64,000 nt of DNA from Rhizophagus irregularis (taxonomy: Eukaryota), in assembly GCF_026210795.1 (NCBI RefSeq), contig NC_089429.1, positions 4,340,001 through 4,404,000 of the forward strand. The letters run 5' to 3'. The notes beneath the pieces were generated by a model that was not told where the DNA came from, made no database searches, and was given only the letters and a program-made list of their open reading frames with translations. Made by a program: the position numbers and the translations under genes. Shown piece by piece: positions 13,730-25,400 of the stretch; position 1 is the stretch's first letter, and every line of letters starts with the position of its first letter.

Positions 13730-14450
13730 AAATAAAAAAAAAATGTTTTTTTATTAAAAAACATCGAACCTGACATTTTTTATTAAAAGAAACAAAAAAA
13801 ATATTTCTTCAATTAAAAAACGTCGGGTTTGATATTTTTTCATTAAAAGAAACCAAAAAATGTTTTTTTAATTAAAAAACGTCGGGTTTGACGTTTTTTC
13901 ATTAAAAGAAACAAAAAAAATGTTTCTTTAATTAAAAAACGTCGGGTTTGATGTTTTTTCATTAAAAGAAATAAAAAAATGTTTCTTTAAATTAAAAAAT
14001 ATCGGGTTTGACATTTTTTCATTAAAAAAAACAAAAAAAATGTTTCTTTAATTAAAAAACGTTGGGTTTGACATTTTTTCATTAAAAGAAACAAAAAAAA
14101 TGTTTCTTTAATTAAAAAATGTCGGGTTTGACATTTTTTCATTAAAAGAAATAAAAAAAAAATGTTTCTTTAATTAAAAAACATTTCATTAGAAACGAAA
14201 AAATGTTTCTTTAATTAAAAAATGTTGGGATTGATGTTTTTTCATTAAAAGAAACAAAAAAAATGTTTCTTTAATTAAAAACGTCAGGTTTGACATTTTT
14301 TTATTAAAAGAAACAAAAGAAAATGTTTCTTTAATTAAAAAACATCAGGTTTGACGTTTTTTATTAAAAGAAACAAAAGAAAATGTTTCTTTAATTAAAA
14401 AATGTCAAACCTGACATTTTTCATTAGAAGAAACAAAAAAAATACGTTTT
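13730..14450 (+). repeat. ~60-bp tandem repeat, two hairpins per unit
   Basis: Unit aaaaaacgtc-gggttt-gacgtttttt plus aaagaaaca-aaaaaa-tgtttcttt, about 12 copies. Confidence 0.85.
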
Positions 14451-14655
14451 GGCGTAATAAAAAGTGCTAAAACGTACTTTTTCATAAAATAATTGTAAAA
14501 GAAACGTTTTTTTGACCTAAAATATATCAGGTCAATGGGTTGGGTTGGGTATCTGAACTGACCTGTAATATTCGAGTCAGGTCACCAAATTCATGACTTG
14601 CCTTGGGTCGGGTCAAGTCAATTATCCGACCCGACCTGACCCATTCGGAGCTCTA

Positions 14656-17600
14656 ATCTTTATTACACTGACAAATAATTTCGTTACAACAACTATATGG
14701 TGATGATGAACGGGTGGGAGGAGGTTGACAATCTTTACAAATACAATCTTCTGGATGAGGTCCATTGGGGTTGTCGAACTCATATCGAATTCCTGAAATA
14801 ATATTGATAGGAGAACTATTTCCTGATCGTTCTTCAATGTAGCTTTGCATATCGTATAATAAATTATCACAACGATTTAACAAATCGATAGCTCTTTGAG
14901 CAGGTCTATCAGTATAATCATCTTCTGAATCTGCATCATACTCTTCATGTACTGGAATAAAGCTTTCATTAGCATTAGTTTGTTTTTCTTTTTCGATAAA
15001 AATCATGAAACAACTAAGAGTTTGATTATCTTCTTCAAACATTCTGGATAATGCGTCTGCATTTGCATTTGCTTTTCCTGCTTGATGCTTAATATTAAAG
15101 TCATACTGTTGAAGGTCCATGACCTATCTCGCACGGCGACCTTTTGGGATTTTGGATGTCTTTAACCATTTTAGAGCAGAGTGGTCGGTAACAATTGTGA
15201 AAGGTTTCAATCCTAAGTAGTGTTGGAAATGTTTGATAGCCCACACTATCGCAAGACATTCCTGGTCAGTTATAGGGTAATTGCACTCAGCCTTATTCAA
15301 AGATCTGCTGGTATAAGCGACTACATGTTCTTTTCCATCCTCTCTTATTTGTGATAATACAGCACCAAGTCCAGTTCCAGATGCATTTGTATGGATAATG
15401 AAGGGTTGTTCAAAGTCAGGATATATTAAGATCGGAGATTTAATTAATCTTTCCTTCAAATAATCAAATGCAGTTTGCTGTTTCTCAGTCCAATGAAAAG
15501 GGGTTTCCTTCTTTAAAAGTAATAATATTGGTTTGGCTATTTTTGAGAAATCTTTGATGAACTTTCAATAGTAGGAGAATAAGCCTAATGCTGAGCGAAG
15601 TTGCGTTAGGTTTATTGGGACTGGAAAAGTTCTAATTTTCTCAATTTTTTCTGGATCAGGTTGGATACCTTCTTGTCCTACTACATGTCCTAGGAAATGA
15701 ATATTTCCAAGGCAAAAATAACATTTCTTAAGTTTAATCTTCAAATTTGCTCGTCTAAGAGTTTCAAATACTTGTCTAAGATGATCCAAGTGTTGCTCCA
15801 AGGTTCCCTTTGAGTAAATGATTACATCATCTAAGTATACTGCCACAAACTTTCCTAGATACTCTTGAAGTATTCTATTCATTAGTCGTTAAAAAGTTCT
15901 AGGCGCATAAGCTAAACCAAAGGGCATAACTAAAAATTCATATAGTCCAAATGGAGTGATAAAGGCAGTCTTTTCAACATCTACTGGATCCATGGCTACT
16001 TGCCAATAACCACTGGCTAAATCTAATGTGGTAAACCATGTTGCATTACTAAAAGATTCGAGCATATCATCAATTCGAGGCAATGGATAGGCGTCTGCTT
16101 TGGTAACAGCATTCAATTTGCGATAATCTATGCATAAATGTTTTTCTCCTCCTTTTTTATCAACAATTACTACAGGTGAAGCCCAAGGGCTAGCTGATTT
16201 TCTTATAAGTCCTTGACTTTCCATTCTTGTGATTTCACCTTGTAAAAATTCTCTATATTTAGGATTACATCGATAGGGTGGTTGAGAGATAGGTGTAGCA
16301 TCTTTTGTAATAATTTTGTGCTTAATTACATTTGTTTTCCCAATTTCTGTTTGGCTTTTAGCACAAATATCTGCATAGTCACTCAAGAGTTGTTGAAATT
16401 GGTTTTGTTGGTGGTAGTCTAGTGGTCCTAAATGTAAGTCTGGATTGACTTTTTCTTCACTATATACTTCTGCTTGAGCTAAATAAATGGCAGAATTTGA
16501 TTCTTCCAATTCTTCATCTTCATTATTTTGGTGGGCAGGAGATATTTCATTTTCCCAAGGGTTAAATTCAAGGGATTCTTCTGTAGAATAACCAGAAAAA
16601 TCAGACATATAGATTTGAGCTTCTTCTAACTCTTCAGACTCATATTCCTCTTTGTCATCATACTCAAATGATTGCTTCATTTTAATAGGTTTTGGAAGGG
16701 TAAAAATCACAGGGACTGTTGTAGATCGTCCATTGTATCTGATAGTTAGTGTCTTTTTGTCCCAGTCAAGAGCAGCATTTACCTTTCTCATCCAGTTATT
16801 TCCTAGAATGAAAACACTATCGCTTGATTCTATGATTTGAACATTGGTTTTAATAATTAAATTTCTGACTTTTAGGGGTAAGTTTTGGATTTCTCTCAAT
16901 GATCTAACTCTAGTTCCATTGGCGGTTTTAATTACATATTCTGAAGGTCCATCGATAGTTAATTTCAAAGTTTTCATCATGGCAGTAGTCATAATACTAA
17001 CTGCAGCTCCACTATCAATTACTGCAATAACTGGTTGTTGGTTAATATGAAATTCACATTTAGCAGCGGTAGTGGGAGTTTCTTCTTCTGAGTTGAAGTC
17101 TCCATAGTAACTTTCTCCAATATAATTATTGTTATCAATCTTTTCACGCTTTCTCCTCATACTTTGAATTAATCCTTTCCTGTAAACAGGAAGTTGAGCT
17201 GTTGCTTGACCGATAGATAGACCACAAGGAAGGTCACTAATATATTTAGCTATATCAAATTCATTGACGTTTTCAATAGGTGCAGGGACCATTTTGGTTC
17301 TTACTTTTCTTTTTGTTGAAGGTTCTGCTGTAGCATCCATATCCATTGGTGTAAAAGGAGTTACTGGAGGAATAAGTTGGGTACGTAATTGGTCTTCCTT
17401 TCGAGATTCTAAAAATCTTGTTCTTTTTCCTCTAGGAGAGGATATCTCATATGGAACAGATCTAGAACGAGTTGTAACATATGCTTCATATTCATCTTCT
17501 TCCTCCCATTCTTCCTCATATTCATCCTTATATTCATCATAATAAATCTCTGCTTCATCATCTGCATAATTAATAGGTGTAACTAATGCTTTTTGGCGAG

Positions 17601-19140
17601 GGCGATTATTATTATTATTGTTACCATTAATATTTCCATTATTGGTATTTCTTCCCATTTGGCAGTTTCTGGAAATATGTCCCACATTTCCACATCTGAA
17701 ACAAGTAATATTTGGATTGAAGGAATTCTGAGTAGGGGCTTGACCATTTTGACGATTTTGATTGTTATTATTATTAGGTCTAGGTCTAGTATTTCGAGGA
17801 GTGCTTTGTTGAACCATTAGAACTGATGAAAGATTTGCATAATTAAGAGCGAGTTGTTGCATTTGTTTTGTCAATGCTTCTATTTCATCTACTTGTGGAG
17901 TTGGTTTAACAGTAGTAGTAGTAGTAGTTGGAATAGGTTCTGTAGTACTAATAGTTACAGGTGTTGTAGTTAAAAGAGTAGTGTTTACACCTAATTCTAC
18001 TAACTTGGCTCGGGTAATAGTTGCTTCCAAAGTATCAGTATTTCCAATTACTACCTGTCCAACCAAGAAAGACTTGAGACCATTAATATAGTAGTTAATT
18101 TGGTATCTTACGGCTAAAGCTTCTCCTTAAATAGCTTTATTTAACAACTTCTTAAAACGTCGGGAGTAGTTTTCTACTGATTTATTGTCTCCTTGTTTAA
18201 TATTTTGCAGTTCTCTGGTCCACTGATTCCTTCGAGCAGCAGTTGCAAAGTAGTTTATAAATTGGGTATCAAAATTATCATTATTATTATTTACATGCCA
18301 TTGATTGATATTCCCTCTATCCTCTTCATACCAATCCCGGGCAGCTTCCTTAAGAAATCCAGCGGCTAAAGCAATTTTTCGATTATCTGGCCATCTATTA
18401 GCTGCAAAGGCAGCTTCAAAGAGTCAACACCATTCGTATGGATCTTCATTATCACGTCCATAGAAAAAGGGAACATCTACAACTTTAGATGTAATACGAT
18501 TTTGGTTGGCAGTTGTAAGGGCATTAATGGCATTAAGATTATTTTGTAACGCAGTAGTAATGGCAGTTTTATTATTATTCAAAGTATTTTCCAAAAGGTT
18601 TCCAACATTTCTGGGGTTAGTATTATTTGTTGGGTCAGCTTCCCAAACTAACTTCATAAGATCTTTCATCTGACCTTCATTCATGTTGGCGTTATTATTT
18701 ACTGGTATATTATGAAAAATTTGATATGCGTTGGTCACTTGAGTATTGGTTGATAAACTCTTGAATCCGTTTGTTAATTCAAATAATTTATGTAAATAAA
18801 AGGATAATTCTAATAAAGGGGTATTTATTTGCCGAAACTTTATACTTTGTAAGATCTTAGTAGTTATACCGACAAGTGTATTGAGTTGTGTAGTTGTAAA
18901 GAATTCAGTTTTTAATACTTTAAAAGCAGCTACTGTTGCTCCAGTATATTGTTTTGCTGTATACTGAATAGAAATCCAAAGCCAAAATTTCTCAAATCCG
19001 TCAGGGATATTGTCAGCTGGGATAGAATCTGTTGGATAACACTGAATACAGTAAACTTCCTTTTGGTTGATCACTCTTCCTCTACAATATTTTCTTTGAT
19101 GTGATTTTAATTCTGCTTTAGATAAATTGTAAAAGGGCAT
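14656..19140 (-). pseudogene. gag-pol: Gypsy gag-pol polyprotein with in-frame stops
   Basis: Gag (FYGRDNEDPYEW..AARDWY), CCHC knuckle CFRCGNVGHISRNC, protease VIDSGA, RT (LDLASGYWQV, MPFGL, YLDD), RNase H (HTNASGTGLGAVL, TDHSAL). Confidence 0.93.
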
Positions 19141-19159
19141 TCAATTTCAAAATTCAAAT

Positions 19160-19370
19160 TGTTGCAAGTACGTCTGCTAATATCTCAAGTACGTCTGAGA
19201 AAGTAAATTTCGTTTGCAAGTGCGTTTGCAAGTATTCTCAAGTTCGTCTGAGAAAAAAAAAATTATGTCTGCAAGTTCGTCTGCAAGTATTCTCAAGTTC
19301 GTCTGAGAAAAGAAATCACGTCTGCAAGTACGTCAGCAAGTATTCTCAAGTTCGTCTGAGAAAAAAAAAT
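19160..19370 (-). repeat. Short tandem repeats in the Gypsy 5' leader
   Basis: 3-4 copies of gcaagtattctcaagttcgtctgagaaaa. Confidence 0.75.
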
Positions 19371-19399
19371 CAATTGTTAATTCACAGTATAGCCTTTTA

Positions 19400-19416
19400 C
19401 CTGGCAGGAATCACCA
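19400..19416 (-). promoter_or_regulatory. tRNA primer-binding site of the Gypsy element
   Basis: TGGTGATTCCTGCCAGG on the minus strand, 2 nt after the LTR end; tRNA identity not determined. Confidence 0.8.
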
Positions 19417-19418
19417 CT

Positions 19419-19965
19419 TGTTAACCGATTCGGTACGTTGAATAGATTAACTATGATTTGCAGTCAGGGAGATTAAGTACGTTTAACTATGACTGAAATC
19501 CAATCAAACAAAACACGCTTAAAATAGGGAGTTCATTTATAGTGTAAAAGGTTATACTTTATTATAGAACTTTATAATTATAAGAATAAGAATTAAGGAA
19601 CTAAAGGTAAACTAATTCGAACTGAAGGAACTCAACTTATAACGAAGGAAAATACCAACGTTATTTATATAAAAGTTACTACATATAAAGATATAATAAA
19701 TATAATAGATATAATAAATATAAGAAATATAACTAATATAATAAATATAACTAATATAATAAATATAATAAATAAATTAAATATAATAAATAAAATAATT
19801 ATATCGATTATATTAAATATAATTAATATAATAAATATAATAGAAATAATAGGCTAAGTAGGCTGCGGCTAGGTCGGCTTGGCACAGTTGGGCACAGTAG
19901 ATCCTAATTTTCCATATGATTTCCAGCGCAGTAAGTTATAACTCTACACGTGACTAGGGGTAACA
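19419..19965 (-). repeat. 5' LTR of the Gypsy element
   Basis: TG...CA ends (tgttaacc ... ggtaaca) next to the PBS. Confidence 0.75.
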
Positions 19966-20550
19966 GCGTTCAAATCATTCAATTAATAATATTAATAATA
20001 AAATAGACTATTCGATCAGTATGATGGTGAAAGTTTCTTAAAGTTTAATTTTTTAAATAAAACTTCATTTTTTCTCACTAACCTTTTCTTTTTAGAGTTT
20101 TAATGTCTAATACTCTTCGCAACCAAAAAAAAAATAAAAAAATAATGAGCCAAAATTCGCAACCAAAAAAAATAATGATCTAAAATAGAAAAAATAAAAA
20201 TACTGAAAAAGGTTTGGCTAGTGATAATCGAAATAAAACGATTACTAACATAAATAAAAGTTCGTCCAATATCCAACAAGCTGTTGAAGGGACTGCCACG
20301 CCAATTCATGAGCGAGCTCAAACTACTAACATCAATAAAAGTTCATCCAATATCCAACAAGCTGTTGAAGGGACTGCCACCCCAATTCATAAGCGAGCTC
20401 AAACTACTAACATCAATAAAAATTCGTCCAATACTCAACAACCATTTGCTGCGCCAAGTCATGAACGAGCTCAAAGTGTAAAAGAGAGATATAAAAATCT
20501 TCGGCTTCTGGATTCATCCAATACTCAACCACCATCTGCTGCGCCAAGTC

Positions 20551-20986
20551 TAATGTTGCTTGCCGAAATCAAGTAGTTTAGGCCAAGGCCGAAACTTTTT
20601 TAAAACCGAAAGTTTAGGCAATTAAAAGTAAATTTGCCGAAATTATACAATGCCGAAACTTTTACCGAAAGGCCGAAATTTGGCCGAAATTATTGGCCAA
20701 CATTAATACTATAATTCTGGCCGGAATAATGATCGACACGTAATTTCCTTTTATGGAAATTTGTGTAACCTTTGTGCGACACATTTCTCCGATTTTACTG
20801 GGAAACAAATTTTCCTTTTTTGGAAATTTGTGTAACGTCACGTGACACAATGTCATAATTTCGGCCGAATTTTAATTTTGGCCAAAATTAAGACCGAGTT
20901 TCGGCCTAATTTCGGCATTTTCGGCATTTGATTTGATTGGCCGAAACCTTTCGGAATTTCCTTTTTAGTTTCGGCAGGCAACCTTA
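20551..20986. mobile_element. hAT-type MITE
   Basis: TIR taatgttgcttgccgaaa / tttcggcaggcaacctta; perfect 8-bp TSD gccaagtc (20543-20550, 20987-20994); gccgaa subterminal repeats. Confidence 0.9.
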
Positions 20987-22496
20987 GCCAAGTCATGAAC
21001 GAGTCCAAAGTGTAAAAGAGAGATATAAAAATCTTCAGCTTCTGGTCAGATATCAAACTAATGAACCTACTACAATGATGATGCATCAACAGGTCTGTAT
21101 CATGTATATATCGTCAGTTAGATTTAGTATTTTTTTTTTGTTAATTTTACATTTTTATACAAAGAATCGGAGGTTATCTCAAGAAGTATCAGATTTGCGT
21201 GTGAAGTGTTTACAGTTAGAATGACAAAATAATGAATTAACCAAACATACAGCTGTCGTTGCCACTAAAATAGCTCGCTTACGAGAAGATAACGAATTTC
21301 TTGCTGGTGTTAATGCAGAATTCAGTTCTGAAAATGATGACTTGAAAGAAGAAGTTAATGAATTAAAAATGAAACTCGAACAATACCAGATACGATTATC
21401 ATCTGAAAGCCTTGATGTTATTGATGTTCCAGAAGAACGGTTAGCAAAATGGTTCAAATCGGATGGGTCAAAAAAAGGAAAGAAGACGGTACACTACGCC
21501 AAAAATCAACCAAAAGAAGAACAAGAAGAACAACATGAAAAGGAGGTGAGGGTTTGTAATTTTGTAATTTTAGGCAGAATTGTACAGTCTTTATACTTTT
21601 ATACTAGTTGTTTCGATTTAAAGATTGAAATGAAAATGATCCTCAAAACTATTAAACCTAATAACAATTTGGATAATAACGAAACGTTTAATAGTCCAAA
21701 AAATGTTGAAATTCACAGTAGATTAATTCCCGAACTTCAAAGAGCGATGTTTCTGAATTATAAACCTTCAGTAGCACAATTGACAAACTGGTTGAGCGCC
21801 CTCCATAAGTCACGAAGATCACAAATATAACTGAAAAAAAGTGGAAAAAGTGACGAGGACAGTCGCAGAATTCATAACAACAGTCACGTACAAAATGTAA
21901 AATTGTCAAATTTTTTCCTTTATCATCATGTTAATGATTTATGCTAATTTTCTTATATATTTATCATTTAAGAAAAAATTGCGTCGAATTAAGGCTGCAA
22001 AGGATTTTTATAGGAAAAGTGACGAAAGAATAATTGGTTATGAAAAACACCAATTATTAAAAATGTTGGCAAATTGATTTTACCACTCGCCGGAAATCAG
22101 TGAGTCAGATGAAGAGAATCCAGATAAGACGATCATATGCGTCTATGATTATTCTTGGCGATCACAAGAGGTTTATACAGTCAACTCTCTTTATAGTCAC
22201 ACATTTGGGACAGTCCCATATTTGGTGATTATGAGCAAACAGTCATATGACTTTATCTTTTATTATAAATTTTAAAACGAAAAGTACAATAAACAAATCG
22301 AATAATATTACAAAATATAAGAAAATTAAACAAAAAATAAAATAAAAAAACTAGCTTCACGATTCATACAAGTAAAGAAATTTAAACAAAATAAAATTAA
22401 GTAAAGAAAAACTAAACTATTACAGAAACGCATACCCCATCTTTACCCGAAGGCCAGTGTGAGTCAACTATCCAGCATATCCTAAGATCCGATCCG

Positions 22497-25400
22497 TTAC
22501 CAAAAAGAAATCCTAAGTAGAGGCTGAACTGTTAAGCGGCGCCAAAAATCCAAATGCGAAATCCAAGATCCCCCATGGATTATATAAGAGGAAACCCAAG
22601 AAACCCAGGAATCCAAGGAAACTGTCGCCAAGGAAGGTGTCGAATAGTCAGAAGGAATGTTAGAAGAAGAATAAAAAAAAGTAGAAGGCCCAAGAGCTGA
22701 CGATTTTATTTTCTTTGTGATACCTTGAGCTGATTCCCAATGATGAAAAAAAATGGAACGGCACAACCAGATTTGTACATAAAGGTCAAAATGAAAGTCG
22801 TGCAAAGGTGTATCTAGGATAGACCATATGGTAAATGAAGAAAAGTAATTTCCAAGAAATGTTGTAAGGGATATCGGTATAAGTCCTCGTGCGAGTCGCA
22901 GGCAGGAAATTGAAGGAGGGTCACAATCCCAACAATTAAGAGCCATAAAATCAGCAGCAAAAGAGTCCGGTAAAGGTGATGAAGATGACGTGGAAATGAA
23001 TTTGTTAAGATAATTGGTTCGAAGAGCCAATAAAAGTATTTTAAAGGTATTTAAGGGGCTAAATTCTGGTAAGATATAAGGACAAGTCCACAAGTGGTCT
23101 AAAGTCTCAGGAGAAGAATTACATTGAGGACAAAGCCAACTCAGATTATAAAGGTGAGGCTTTCGTCTTTGAAGAGTTGTAAGCGTCGGAAGCATATCTA
23201 ATAGTAGTTTGATACGGAAACCATAAAACTCGGAGCGGCCATTCCGATGGGAGACAAAGTGCTTATTGTTAGTGAGACAAAATTTGGTACATGCCCAATC
23301 AATATCAGAAGTTGAAGAATAGGAATTAAATCTTGGTAATACAGCAAGAGTTAAAAGGCTCTTAGCGTCAAAAATATCTCTAATAAATTTCCGGATATTC
23401 ATATCCACAGGCAAAGAATTAAATTGTAGAGTGCAAAGAGCCAACAATTCCAATAATGGACGAGAAGAAAGATATGAATCCATATGAGCAGCTTTAGCTA
23501 ATGCATCCACATGATTATTTAAAGGGTCGTCAGCATGAGCAGGAACCTTAATTAAGGTGACATCCAGATTCTTTGTTGACGTAATAGCACGTATGGAGAA
23601 CCACAAAAGGTGGTTAGGTTCTTTAAGCAATTTTGGAATAAAAGGAGCATCCACATACAAAGACCATAAAGAGAGTAATTGAGCACAATCAGTGGCGACA
23701 GTAATTTTTGAATACCGAGGGAGGGAGTCCAATCCATGCAATAAAGCAAAAATTTCTGAGCGTAATGCAGAAGGAAAAATGGAAGAAATAATATTATAAT
23801 AGGATTCCAATATAAATCCATCAGGATCCATAGCGGTCCATGCATAAGCCATCGAAGATATCGGATGACTAGAAGGAGGAAGGAAGGAACCATCGATATA
23901 AAGAGTAGACACTGAAGAGGGAAGTTGGATATCAGAAATCCTAGGCATCAGTACATTCAGAGAAGGTAACCGATCTGGAGCAAAAAGATGAAACAGTAAA
24001 AGGGATTTGGCATAGCCTAACGAGGCAGAAAGTGAAACTGAACGAGTATCTGCATGTATATAAGTACGAGGTTTCGTCGGATAACGGATCAAACTTGATA
24101 AAGACACATAAGAGAAGCACTTTTCAGAAGGACATCGTTTAAGCAATGTCTTAGAGGTAGAGGATCGCGGGAGAGCAGAGGCACAACCTTGGCATGCAGT
24201 AAAATCAGAAAGCAAGTCATCGACCGAGGACGCAATCCAATGTGAAATAAGAGCTTCATTACGTGGAGCAGGATAGGTAGTAATCACACGGCCAACAAGA
24301 AAAGAGTTAGTATTACGATTAAAAGAAATAGCCCATTGAGGGTTAAACCAATAATTACGACTAATGTCTATAAAAGAAATAGAAGCTACAGTATGAGAAT
24401 TAGGAATTCTAAATTGTTGTAAAATAAAAAAGGAAGGTGAATTAGGAACAACAATAAGATTGAACAAATAGTTAAACCAAGCAGGCACAAATCCTTTGTT
24501 CGATACTCGTTTAAGAAAGCGTAAATCTTTCCATGAGAGAAGTCGAGAGCCACACGGTGTAATCAGTTGAGCAAGAAAACGAGTGCAGAAATTTTTTTGA
24601 ACATTTTTCATGGAAGTAAATAAATCTTTTGGTAAAATAGACCAGAGTGGAATCGCCGGACGTAAATCTTTCCTCGGAGGTCGGAACAATAAAGACCACG
24701 TGATATTTAATCGAGAAGAGAACAATAACGAATTGAACAAAGAATGTGTCCGCAGGGAAAGAGTATGGGACCATGGTTCCAAATCAATAGTAGAAGGACA
24801 GGCATCACAGTCCAAAAAACTTTGGAGATAAGTAATCATATAATTGGCGAAAAGTTTATATGAAGGGTGAGAAAAAATCTTCTGCCATGAAGCCACATGA
24901 GATGAAAGAAATCGACCAAATGCTTGTTGGATTGAGAACGGTAACATTGTGAAAAGCGCAGAAAGAGGAGTGACTGAAGCAAAACCAGCCTTTTGTCGAA
25001 TAAGGGAAAGCATCGGAGAAACCATGCGATTAATGGTAGATTCTGCAAATAATGTGGTTTGTAGGCGAAATTCAAGCCTCGGAAGCAGGACAACGTTATA
25101 AAGGTAGGCTATATGTTGTGCCAAAAGTTTTTTAGGACTGAGAAGAGCGGCCATGTCCTTAACCATGGAAGCGGTTTGGTTATGAACAAAGCGAGAAGAA
25201 GCCGAAAGACAGAACCAAACTCCTAGAAAACGGAAAAAAGTGGATAAAGCTAACGCTTTTAGAGTAAGAGTAGGACTTGAAATTAGAGGAGAGGGAGAAA
25301 GATCAAACACAATAGTTTGAGAAAATTGTTCAGAAGAAAGAAGAATATATTTTGCTGAATTTGCTTGAGTATTATTTAAGGTATAGAATTCAGCAGTAAT

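Larger units (their letters stand above)
13199..14655. mobile_element. Non-autonomous hAT-type element with internal 60-bp palindromic tandem repeat
   Basis: Perfect 13-bp TIR tagagctccgaat / attcggagctcta, related to the TIR at 6809; gacccga/tcgggtc subterminal repeats; flanks (atgtagaa vs atctttat) are not a TSD. Confidence 0.85.
14656..19965 (-). mobile_element. Ty3/Gypsy LTR retrotransposon, 3'-truncated (no integrase, no 3' LTR)
   Basis: One LTR, PBS, and gag-PR-RT-RH order; sequence stops at the hAT TIR at 14655. Confidence 0.93.
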
